From Eledone cirrhosa (Eukaryota): 64,000 bases of DNA. Shown piece by piece: positions 14,335 through 26,300 of the stretch. The notes beneath the pieces are model-generated. The model was given only the letters and a program-made list of their open reading frames with translations. It had not been told where the DNA came from and made no database searches. The translations under genes and the position numbers were made by a program. The DNA lies in assembly GCA_964016885.1 (NCBI GenBank), contig OZ024741.1, positions 260,152,001 to 260,216,000 of the forward strand, given 5' to 3'. The number at the start of each line of letters is the position of its first letter. The first letter of the stretch is position 1.

Positions 14335-15159
14335 TCGTAAGTCGAAACACTCGTAAGCCGAAACACTCGTGAGCCGAAACACTCGTAAGTCGGAACACTC
14401 GTAAGTCAGAACACTCGTAAGTCAGAACACTCGTAAGTTAGAACACTCGTAAGTCAGAACACTCGTAAGTCAAAACACCCGTAAGTCAAAACACTCGTAA
14501 GTCGAAACACTCGTAAGCCGAAACACCGTAAGCCAAAACACTCGTAAGTCGAAACACCCGTAAGTCGGAACACTCGTAAGTCGAAACACTCGTAAGTCGA
14601 AGCACTTGTAAGCAGAAACACTCGTAAGCCGAAACACTCGTAAGTCGGAACACTCGTAAGTCGGAACACTCGTAAGTCAGAACACTCGTAAGTCAGAACA
14701 CTCGTAAGTCAGAACACTCGTAAGTCGAAACACTCGTATCGAAACACTCGTATGTCAAAACACCCGTAAGTCAAAACACTCGTAAATCGAAACACTCGTA
14801 AGTCGAAACACTCGTATGTCGAAACATCCGTAAATCAGAACACTCGTAAGTCGAAACACTCGTAAGTCGAAACACTCGTAAGCCGAAACACTCGTAAGTC
14901 GAAACACTCGTATCGAAACACTCGTAAGTCGAAACACCCTTAAGTCAAAACACTCGTAAGCCAAAACACTCGTAAGTCGAAACACTCGTAAGTCGGAACA
15001 CTCGTAAGTCAGAACACTCGTAAGTCAGAACACTCGTAAGTGGAAACACGCGTAAGTCGAAAGACCCGTAAGTCAAAAATCTCGTTAGTCAAAACACTCG
15101 TAAGCCGAAACACTCGTAAGTCGAAACACTCGTAAGTCGAAACATTCGTAAAGCGAAAC

Positions 15160-15228
15160 GTATAAATAAAGATTAATGTTATGAACTTAAAAAGCATAGA
15201 GATTTGAAACCGCGTCTATTTGTTATTA
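15160..15228. repeat. 69-bp spacer copy 9 (type C)
   Basis: AATGTTATGAACTTAAAAAGC and TTATTA end: type B plus two further changes. Confidence 0.96.
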
Positions 15229-16549
15229 TCGTAAGTCGAAACACTCGTAAGTCAGAACACTCGTAAGTCAGAACACTCGTAAGTCAGAACACTCGTAAGT
15301 CAGAACACTCGTAAGTCAGAACACTCTTAAGTCAGAACACTCGTATCGAAACACTCGTATGTCAAAACACCCGTAAGTCAAAACACTCGTAAGTCGAAAC
15401 ACTCGTAAGTCGAAACACTCATAAGCCGAAACACTCGTAAGTCGGAACACTCGTAAGTCAGAACACCCGTAAGTCAGAACACTCGTAGTCAGAACACTCG
15501 TAAGTCGAAACACTCGTAAGCCGAAACACTCGTAAGTCGAAACACTCGTAAGTCGAAACATCCTTAAGTCGAAACACTCGTACACCGAAACACTCGTAAG
15601 TAAAAACATTAGTAAGTCGAAACACTCGTAAGCCGAAACACTCGTAAGTCGAAACACCCGTAAGTCGAAACACCCGTAAGTCAAAACACTCGTATGTCGA
15701 AACACTCGTAAACCGAAACACTCGTAAGTCGGAACACTCGTAAGTCAGAACACTCGTAAGTCGAAACACTCATAAGTCGAAACACTCGTAAGTCGAAACA
15801 CCCGTAAGTCGAAACACTCGTATGTCGAATAACTCGTAAGCCGAAACACCGTAAGTCAAAACACTCGTAAGTCGAAACACTCGTAAGTCGAAACACCCAT
15901 AAGCCGAAACACTCGTAAGCCAAAACATTCGTAAGTCGAAACACTCGTAAACCGAAATACTCGTAAGCCAAAACATTCGTAAGTCGAAACACTCGTAAGT
16001 CGAAACACCCATAGCCGAAACACTCGTAAGTCGGAACACACGTAAGTCAGAACACCCGTAAGTCAGAACACTCGTAAGTCGAAACACTCATAAGTCGAAA
16101 CACTCGTAAGTCGAAACACCCGTAAGTCAGAACACTCGTAAGTCAGAACACTCGTAAGTCAGAGCACTCGTATCGAAACACTCGTATGTCAAAACACCCG
16201 TAAGTCAAAACACTCGTAAGTCGAAACACTCGTCAGCCGAAACACCGTAAGCCAAAACACTCGTAAGTCGAAACACCCGTAAGTCGGAACACTCGTAAGT
16301 CGAAACACTCGTAAGTCGAAACACTCGTAAGCCGAAACACTCGTAAGCCGAAACACTCGTAAGTCGGAACACTCGTAAGTCTGAACACTCGTAAGTCAAA
16401 ACACTCGTAAGTCGAAACACTCGTAAGTCGAAACACCCATAAGCCGAAACACTCGTAAGCCAAAACATTCGTAAGTCGAAACACTCGTAAGCCGAAACAC
16501 TCGTAAGCCAAAACATTCGTAAGTCGAAACACTCGTAAGTCGTAACACA

Positions 16550-19500
16550 TATAGCCGAAACACTCGTAAGTCGGAACACACGTAAGTCAGAACACCCGTA
16601 AGTCAGAACACTCGTAAGTCAGAACACTCGTAAGTCAGAACACTCGTAGGTCAGAGCACTCGTATCGAAAAACTCGTATGTCAAAACACCCGTAAGTCGA
16701 AACACTCGTAAGTCGAAACACTCGTAAGCCAAAACATCGTAAGTAAAAAAGCTCGTAAGTCGAAATACACGTAAGTCGAAACACTCGTAAGCCGAAACAA
16801 TCGTAATTCAAAACACTCGTAAGTCGAAACACTCGTAAGCCAAAAATACTCGTACGTCGAAACACCCGAAAGCCGAAACACTCGTAAGTCGGAACACTCG
16901 TAAGTCAAAACACTCGTAAGTCGAAACAGTCGTAAGTCGGAACACTCGTAAGTCAGAACACTCGTAAATCAGAACATTCATAAGTCAAAACACTCGTAAT
17001 TCGAAACACCCGTAAGTCGAAACGCCCGTAAGTCGAAACACTCATTAGCCGAAACACTCGTAAGTCGGAACACTCGTAAGTCAGAATACCCGTAAGTCAG
17101 AACACTCGTAGTCAGAACACTCGTAAGTCAAAACACTCGTAAGCCGAAACACTCGTAAGCCGAAACACTCGTAAGCCGAAACACTCTTAAGTCGGAACAC
17201 TCGTCAGTCGGAACACTCGTAAGTCAAAACATTCGTAAGCCAAAATACTCGTAAGTCGAAACACTCGTACGTCGAAACACTCGTAAGTCGAAACACTCGT
17301 AAGTCGAAACATCCTTAAGTCGAAACACTCGTACACCGAAACACTCGTAAGTAAAAACATTAGTAAGCCGAAACACTCGTAAGCCGAAACACTCGTAAGT
17401 CGGAACACTCGTAAGTCGGAACACTCGTAAGTCGAAACACCCATAAGCCGAAACACTCGTAAGCCAAAACATTCGTAAGTCGAAACACTCGTAAGCCGAA
17501 ACACTCGTAAGCCAAAACATTCGTAAGTCGAAACACTCGTAAGTCGAAACACCCATAGCCGAAACACTCGTAAGTCGGAACACCCGTAAGTCAGAACACC
17601 CGTAAGTCAGAACACTCGTAAGTCAGAACACTCGTAAGTCAGAACACTCGTAAGTCAGAGCACTCGTATCGAAACACTCGTATGTAAAAACACCCATAAG
17701 TCAAAACACTAGTAAGTCGAAACACTCGTAAGCCGAAACACCGTAAGCCAAAACACTCGTAAGTCGAAACACCCGTAAGTCGGAACACTCGCAAGTCAAA
17801 ACACTCGTAAGTCGAAACACTCGTAAGCCGAAACACTCGTAAGCCGAAACACTCGTAAGTCGGAACACTCGTAAGTCGGAACACTCGTAAGTCAGAACAC
17901 TCGTAAGTCAGAACGAACACTCGTAAGTCAGAATACTCGTAAGTCGAAACACTCGTATCGAAACACTCGTATGTCAAAACACCCGTAAGTCAAAACACTC
18001 GTAAGTCGAAACACTTGTAAGTCGAAACACCCATAGCCGAAACACTCGTAAGTCGGAACACACGTAAGTCAGAACACCCGTAAGTCAGAACACTCGTAAG
18101 TCAGAACACTCGTAAGTCAGAACACTCGTAAGTCAGAGCACTCGTATCGAAACACTCGTATGTCAAAACACCCGTAAGTCGAAACACTCGTAAGTCGAAA
18201 CACTCGTAAGCCAAAACACCGTAAGTAAAAAAGCTCGTAAGTCGAAATACACGTAAGTCGAAACACTCGTAAGCCGAAACAATCGTAATTCAAAACACTC
18301 GTAAGTCGAAACACTCGTAAGCCAAAAATACTCGTACGTCGAAACACCCGTAAGCCGAAACACTCGTAAGTCGGAACACTCGTAAGTCAAAACACTCGTA
18401 AGTCGAAACAGTCGTAAGTCGGAACACTCGTAAGTCAGAACACTCGTAAATCAGAACATTCATAAGTCAAAACACTCGTAATTCGAAACACCCGTAAGTC
18501 GAAACGCCCGTAAGTCGAAACACTCATTAGCCGAAACACTCGTAAGTCGGAACACTCGTAAGTCAGAATACCCGTAAGTCAGAACACTCGTAGTCAGAAC
18601 ACTCGTAAGTCAAAACACTCGTAAGCCGAAACACTCGTAAGCCGAAACACTCGTAAGCCGAAACACTCTTAAGTCGGAACACTCGTCAGTCGGAACACTC
18701 GTAAGTCAAAACATTCGTAAGCCAAAATACTCGTAAGTCGAAACACTCGTACGTCGAAACACTCGTAAGTCGAAACACTCGTAAGTCGAAACATCCTTAA
18801 GTCGAAACACTCGTACACCGAAACACTCGTAAGTAAAAACATTAGTAAGCCGAAACACTCGTAAGCCGAAACACTCGTAAGTCGGAACACTCGTAAGTCG
18901 GAACACTCGTAAGTCGAAACACCCATAAGCCGAAACACTCGTAAGCCAAAACATTCGTAAGTCGAAACACTCGTAAGCCGAAACACTCGTAAGCCAAAAC
19001 ATTCGTAAGTCGAAACACTCGTAAGTCGAAACACCCATAGCCGAAACACTCGTAAGTCGGAACACCCGTAAGTCAGAACACCCGTAAGTCAGAACACTCG
19101 TAAGTCAGAACACTCGTAAGTCAGAACACTCGTAAGTCAGAGCACTCGTATCGAAACACTCGTATGTAAAAACACCCATAAGTCAAAACACTAGTAAGTC
19201 GAAACACTCGTAAGCCGAAACACCGTAAGCCAAAACACTCGTAAGTCGAAACACCAGTAAGTCGGAACACTCGTAAGTCAAAACACTCGTAAGTCGAAAC
19301 ACTCGTAAGCCGAAACACTCGTAAGCCGAAACACTCGTAAGTCGGAACACTCGTAAGTCGGAACACTCGTAAGTCAGAACACTCGTGAGTCAGAACACTC
19401 GTAAGTCAGAACACTCGTAAGTCAGAATACTCGTAAGTCGAAACACTCGTATCGAAACACTCGTATGTCAAAACACCCGTAAGTCAAAACACTCGTAAGT

Positions 19501-21150
19501 CGAAACACTCGTAAGTCGAAACACTCGTATGTCGAAACATCCGTAAATCAGAACACTCGTAAGTCGAAACACTCGTAAGTCGAAACACCCGTAAGTCGGA
19601 ACACTCGTAAGTCGAAACACTCGTAAGTCGAAACACCCATAGCCGAAACACTCGTAAGTCGGAACACACGTAAGTCAGAACACCCGTAAGTCAGAACACT
19701 CGTAAGTCAGAACACCGTAAGTAAAAAAGCTCGTAAGTCGAAATACACGTAAGTCGAAACACTCGTAAGCCGAAACAATCGTAATTCAAAACACTCGTAA
19801 GTCGAAACACTCGTAAGCCAAAAATACTCGTACGTCGAAACACCCGTAAGCCGAAACACTCGTAAGTCGGAACACTCGTAAGTCAAAACACTCGTAAGTC
19901 GAAACAGTCGTAAGTCGGAACACTCGTAAGTCAGAACACTCGTAAATCAGAACATTCATAAGTCAAAACACTCGTAATTCGAAACACCCGTAAGTCGAAA
20001 CGCCCGTAAGTCGAAACACTCATTAGCCGAAACACTCGTAAGTCGGAACACTCGTAAGTCAGAATACCCGTAAGTCAGAACACTCGTAGTCAGAACACTC
20101 GTAAGTCAAAACACTCGTAAGCCGAAACACTCGTAAGCCGAAACACTCGTAAGCCGAAACACTCTTAAGTCGGAACACTCGTCAGTCGGAACACTCGTAA
20201 GTCAAAACATTCGTAAGCCAAAATACTCGTAAGTCGAAACACTCGTACGTCGAAACACTCGTAAGTCGAAACACTCGTAAGTCGAAACATCCTTAAGTCG
20301 AAACACTCGTACACCGAAACACTCGTAAGTAAAAACATTAGTAAGCCGAAACACTCGTAAGCCGAAACACTCGTAAGTCGGAACACTCGTAAGTCGAAAC
20401 ACCCATAAGCCGAAACACTCGTAAGCCAAAACATTCGTAAGTCGAAACACTCGTAAGCCGAAACACTCGTAAGCCAAAACATTCGTAAGTCGAAACACTC
20501 GTAAGTCGAAACACCCATAGCCGAAACACTCGTAAGTCGGAACACCCGTAAGTCAGAACACCCGTAAGTCAGAACACTCGTAAGTCAGAACACTCGTAAG
20601 TCAGAACACTCGTAAGTCAGAGCACTCGTATCGAAACACTCGTATGTAAAAACACCCATAAGTCAAAACACTAGTAAGTCGAAACACTCGTAAGCCGAAA
20701 CACCGTAAGCCAAAACACTCGTAAGTCGAAACACCCGTAAGTCGGAACACTCGTAAGTCAAAACACTCGTAAGTCGAAACACTCGTAAGCCGAAACACTC
20801 GTAAGCCGAAACACTCGTAAGTCGGAACACTCGTAAGTCGGAACACTCGTAAGTCAGAACACTCGTAAGTCAGAACACTCGTAAGTCAGAACACTCGTAA
20901 GTCAGAATACTCGTAAGTCGAAACACTCGTATCGAAACACTCGTATGTCAAAACACCCGTAAGTCAAAACACTCGTAAGTCGAAACACTCGTAAGTCGAA
21001 ACACTCGTATGTCGAAACATCCGTAAATCAGAACACTCGTAAGTCGAAACACTCGTAAGTCGAAACACCCGTAAGTCGGAACACTCGTAAGTCGAAACAC
21101 TCGTAAGTCGAAACACCCATAGCCGAAACACTCGTAAGTCGGAACACTCG
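16550..21150. repeat. Spacer-free ~1.48-kb unit in three tandem copies (fourth at about 24.85-26.5 kb)
   Basis: Rare marker GTAAAAAAGCTCGTAAGTCGAAATACACG at 16743, 18225, 19721 and 25026 (offsets 1482, 1496, and 6801 from the second). Confidence 0.88.
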
Positions 21151-22389
21151 TAAGTCAGAACACTCGTAAGTCAGAACACTCGTAAGTCAGAGCACTCGTA
21201 TCGAAACACTCGTATGTCAAAACACCCGTAAGTCAAAACACTCGTAAGTCGAAACACTCGTAAGTCGAAACACTCGTAAGCCGAAACAATCGTAAGTCAA
21301 AACACTCGTAAGTCGAAACACTCGTGAGCCGAAAATACTCGTAATTCGGAACACCCGTAAGCCGAAACCCTCGCAGGTCGGAACACTCGTAAGTCGAAAC
21401 ACTCGTAAGACGAAACACCCGTAAGTCGGAACACTCGTAAGTCAGAATACTCGTAAGTCGAAACACTCGTAAACCGGAACACCCGTAAGGCAAAACATTC
21501 GTAAGTCAAAACACTCGTAAGTCGAAACACTCGTAAGCCGAAACACTCGTAAGTCGAAACACTCGTAAGTCGAAACACCCGTAAGTCGAAACATCCGTAA
21601 GTCAAAACACTCGTATGTCGAAACACTCGTAAGCCGAAACACTCGTAAGTGGGAACACTCGCAAGTCAGAACACTCGTAAGTCAGAACACTCGTAAGTTG
21701 AAACACTGGTAAGTCGAAACACCCGTAAGTCGAAACGCCCGTAAGTCAAAACACTCGTATGTCGAAACAATCGCAAGCCGAAAAACCGTAAGTCAAAACA
21801 CTCGTAAGTCGAAACACTCGTAAGTCGAAACACTCGTAAGCGGAAACACTCGTAAGCGAAAACATTCGTAAGTCGAAACACTCGTAACCCGAAACACTCG
21901 TAAGTCGAAACACTCGAAAGCCGAAACACTCGTAAGTCGAAACACTCATAAGCCGAAACACTCGTAAGTCGGAACACTCGTAAGTCAGAACACCCGTAAG
22001 TCAGAACACTCGTAGTCAGAACACTCGTAAGTCGAAACACTCGTAAGCCGAAACAATCGTAAGTCGAAGCACTCGTAATCCGAAACACTCTTAAGTCGAA
22101 ACACTCGTAAGTCGGAACACTCGCAAGTCAGAACACTCGTAAGTCAGAACACTCGTAAGTCGAAACACTCGTAAGCCGAAACACCCGTAAGTCAAAACAT
22201 CCGTAAGTCAAAACATTCGTAAGTCGAAACACCCGTAGTCGAAACACTCGCAAGTCGAAACACTCGTAAGTCGAAACACGCGTAAGTCGAAACACATGTA
22301 AGTCAAAACACTCATAAGTCAAAACACTCGTAAGCCGAAACACTCGTAAGTCGAAACACTTGTAAGTCGAAACGCTCGTAAAGCGAAAC

Positions 22390-22458
22390 GTATAAATAAA
22401 GATTAATGTAATGAATTTGAAAAGCATAGAGATTTGAAACCGCGTCTATTTGTTATTT
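22390..22458. repeat. 69-bp spacer copy 10 (type A)
   Basis: Same sequence as copy 1; 8124 bp from copy 8. Confidence 0.96.
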
Positions 22459-23283
22459 TCGTAAGTCGAAACACTCGTAAGCAGAAACACTCGTGAGCCG
22501 AAACACTCGTAAGTCGGAACACTCGTAAGTCAGAACACTCGTAAGTCAGAACACTCGTAAGTTAGAACACTCGTAAGTCAGAACACTCGTAAGTCAAAAC
22601 ACCCGTAAGTCAAAACACTCGTAAGTCGAAACACTCGTAAGCCGAAACACCGTAAGCCAAAACACTCGTAAGTCGAAACACCCGTAACTCGGAACACTCG
22701 TAAGTCGAAACACTCGTAAGTCGAAGCACTCGTAAGCAGAAACACTCGTAAGCCGAAACACTCGTAAGTCGGAACACTCGTAAGTCGGAACACTCGTAAG
22801 TCAGAACACTCGTAAGTCAGAACACTCGTAAGTCAGAACACTCGTAAGTCGAAACACTCGTATCGAAACACTCGTATGTCAAAACACCCGTAAGTCAAAA
22901 CACTCGTAAATCGAAACACTCGTAAGTCGAAACACTCGTATGTCGAAACATCCGTAAATCAGAACACTCGTAAGTCGAAACACTCGTAAGTCTAAACACT
23001 CGTAAGCCGAAACACTCGTAAGTCGAAACACTCGTATCGAAACACTCGTAAGTCGAAACACCCTTAAGTCAAAACACTCGTAAGCCAAAACACTCGTAAG
23101 TCGAAACACTCGTAAGTCGGAACACTCGTAAGTCAGAACACTCGTAAGTCAGAACACTCGTAAGTGGAAACACGCGTAAGTCGAAAGACCCGTAAGACAA
23201 AAATCTCGTAAGTCAAAACACTCGTAAGCCGAAACACTCGTAAGTCGAAACACTCGTAAGTCGAAACATTCGTAAAGCGAAAC

Positions 23284-23352
23284 GTATAAATAAAGATTAA
23301 TGTTATGAACTTAAAAAGCATAGAGATTTGAAACCGCGTCTATTTGTTATTA
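23284..23352. repeat. 69-bp spacer copy 11 (type C)
   Basis: Same variants as copy 9; 8124 bp from copy 9. Confidence 0.96.
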
Positions 23353-26300
23353 TCGTAAGTCGAAACACTCGTAAGTCAGAACACTCGTAAGTCAGAACAC
23401 TCGTAAGTCAGAACACTCGTAAGTCAGAACACTCGTAAGTCAGAACACTCTTAAGTCAGAACACTCGTATCGAAACACTCGTATGTCAAAACACCCGTAA
23501 GTCAAAACACTCGTAAGTCGAAACACTCGTAAGTCGAAACACTCATAAGCCGAAACACTCGTAAGTCGGAACACTCGTAAGTCAGAACACCCGTAAGTCA
23601 GAACACTCGTAGTCAGAACACTCGTAAGTCGAAACACTCGTAAGCCGAAACACTCGTAAGTCGAAACACTCGTAAGTCGAAACATCCTTAAGTCGAAACA
23701 CTCGTACACCGAAACACTCGTAAGTAAAAACATTAGTAAGTCGAAACACTCGTAAGCCGAAACACTCGTAAGTCGAAACACCCGTAAGTCGAAACACCCG
23801 TAAGTCAAAACACTCGTATGTCGAAACACTCGTAAACCGAAACACTCGTAAGTCGGAACACTCGTAAGTCAGAACACTCGTAAGTCAGAACACTCGTAAG
23901 TCGAAACACTCATAAGTCGAAACACTCGTATGTCGAATAACACGTAAGCCGAAACACCGTAAGTCAAAACACTCGTAAGTCGAAACACTCGTAAACCGAA
24001 ACACTCGTAAGTCGAAACACCCATAAGCCGAAACACTCGTAAGCCAAAACATTCGTAAGTCGAAACACTCGTAAACCGAAATACTCGTAAGCCAAAACAT
24101 TCGTAAGTCGAAACCCTCGTAAGTCGAAACACCCATAGCCGAAACACTCGTAAGTCGGAACACACGTAAGTCAGAACACCCGTAAGTCAGAACACTCGTA
24201 AGTCGAAACACTCATAAGTCGAAACACTCGTAAGTCGAAACACCCGTAAGTCAGAACACTCGTAAGTCAGAACACTCGTAAGTCAGAGCACTCGTATCGA
24301 AACACTCGTATGTCAAAACACCCGTAAGTCAAAACACTCGTAAGTCGAAACACTCGTCAGCCGAAACACCGTAAGCCAAAACACTCGTAAGTCGAAACAC
24401 CCGTAAGTCGGAACACTCGTAAGTCGAAACACTCGTAAGTCGAAACACTCGTAAGCCGAAACACTCGTAAGCCGAAACACTCGTAAGTCGGAACACTCGT
24501 AAGTCAGAACACTCGTAAGTCAGAACACTCGTAAGTCAGAACACTCGTAAGTCAGAACACTCGTAAGTCGAAACACTCATAAGTCGAAACACTCGTAAGT
24601 CGAAACACCCGTAAGTCGAAACACCCGTAAGTCGAAACACTCGTATGTCGAATAACTTGTAAGCCGAAACACTGTAAGTCAAAACACTCGTAAGTCGAAA
24701 CACTCGTAAGTCGAAACACCCATAAGCCGAAACACTCGTAAGCCAAAACATTCGTAAGTCGAAACACTCGTAAGCCGAAACACTCGTAAGCCAAAACATT
24801 CGTAAGTCGAAACACTCGTAAGTCGAAACACCCATAGCCGAAACACTCGTAAGTCGGAACACACGTAAGTCAGAACACCCGTAAGTCAGAACACTCGTAA
24901 GTCAGAACACTCGTAAGTCAGAACACTCGTAAGTCAGAGCACTCGTATCGAAACACTCGTATGTCAAAACACCCGTAAGTCGAAACACTCGTAAGTCGAA
25001 ACACTCGTAAGCCAAAACACCGTAAGTAAAAAAGCTCGTAAGTCGAAATACACGTAAGTCGAAACACTCGTAAGCCGAAACAATCGTAATTCAAAACACT
25101 CGTAAGTCGAAACACTCGTAAGCCAAAAATACTCGTACGTCGAAACACCCGTAAGCCGAAACACTCGTAAGTCGGAACACTCGTAAGTCAAAACACTCGT
25201 AAGTCGAAACAGTCGTAAGTCGGAACACTCGTAAGTCAGAACACTCGTAAATCAGAACATTCATAAGTCAAAACACTCGTAATTCGAAACACCCGTAAGT
25301 CGAAACGCCCGTAAGTCGAAACACTCATTAGCCGAAACACTCGTAAGTCGGAACACTCGTAAGTCAGAATACCCGTAAGTCAGAACACTCGTAGTCAGAA
25401 CACTCGTAAGTCAAAACACACGTAAGCCGAAACACTCGTAAGCCGAAACACTCGTAAGCCGAAACACTCTTAAGTCGGAACACTCGTCAGTCGGAACACT
25501 CGTAAGTCAAAACATTCGTAAGCCAAAATACTCGTAAGTCGAAACACTCGTACGTCGAAACACTCGTAAGTCGAAACACTCGTAAGTCGAAACATCCTTA
25601 AGTCGAAACACTCGTACACCGAAACACTCGTAAGTAAAAACATTAGTAAGCCGAAACACTCGTAAGCCGAAACACTCGTAAGTCGGAACACTCGTAAGTC
25701 GGAACACTCGTAAGTCGAAACACCCATAAGCCGAAACACTCGTAAGCCAAAACATTCGTAAGTCGAAACACTCGTAAGCCGAAACACTCGTAAGCCAAAA
25801 CATTCGTAAGTCGAAACACTCGTAAGTCGAAACACCCATAGCCGAAACACTCGTAAGTCGGAACACCCGTAAGTCAGAACACCCGTAAGTCAGAACACTC
25901 GTAAGTCAGAACACTCGTAAGTCAGAACACTCGTAAGTCAGAGCACTCGTATCGAAACACTCGTATGTAAAAACACCCATAAGTCAATACACTAGTAAGT
26001 CGAAACACTCGTAAGCCGAAACACCGTAAGCCAAAACACTCGTAAGTCGAAACACCCGTAAGTCGGAACACTCGTAAGTCAAAACACTCGTAAGTCGAAA
26101 CACTCGTAAGCCGAAACACTCGTAAGCCGAAACACTCGTAAGTTGGAACACTCGTAAGTCGGAACACTCGTAAGTCAGAACACTCGTAAGTCAGAACACT
26201 CGTAAGTCAGAACACTCGTAAGTCAGAATACTCGTAAGTCGAAACACTCGTATCGAAACACTCGTATGTCAAAACACCCGTAAGTCAAAACACTCGTAAG

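Larger units (their letters stand above)
13050..24500. repeat. Block duplication in satellite A: about 13.05-16.3 kb repeated at about 21.2-24.5 kb
   Basis: Constant offset 8124 for 13093/21217, 13542/21666, 14454/22578, 14755/22879, 15009/23133, 15316/23440 and spacer pairs 8-9/10-11. Further partial copies at about 6.3-7.6 kb (offset 6811) and 26.6-27.5 kb. Boundaries approximate. Confidence 0.88.

Noticed and set aside
3592-23352. CRISPR-like repeat/spacer array
   Set aside because: The spacers are near-identical rather than unique, repeats are directly adjacent, spacing is irregular and there are no cas genes.
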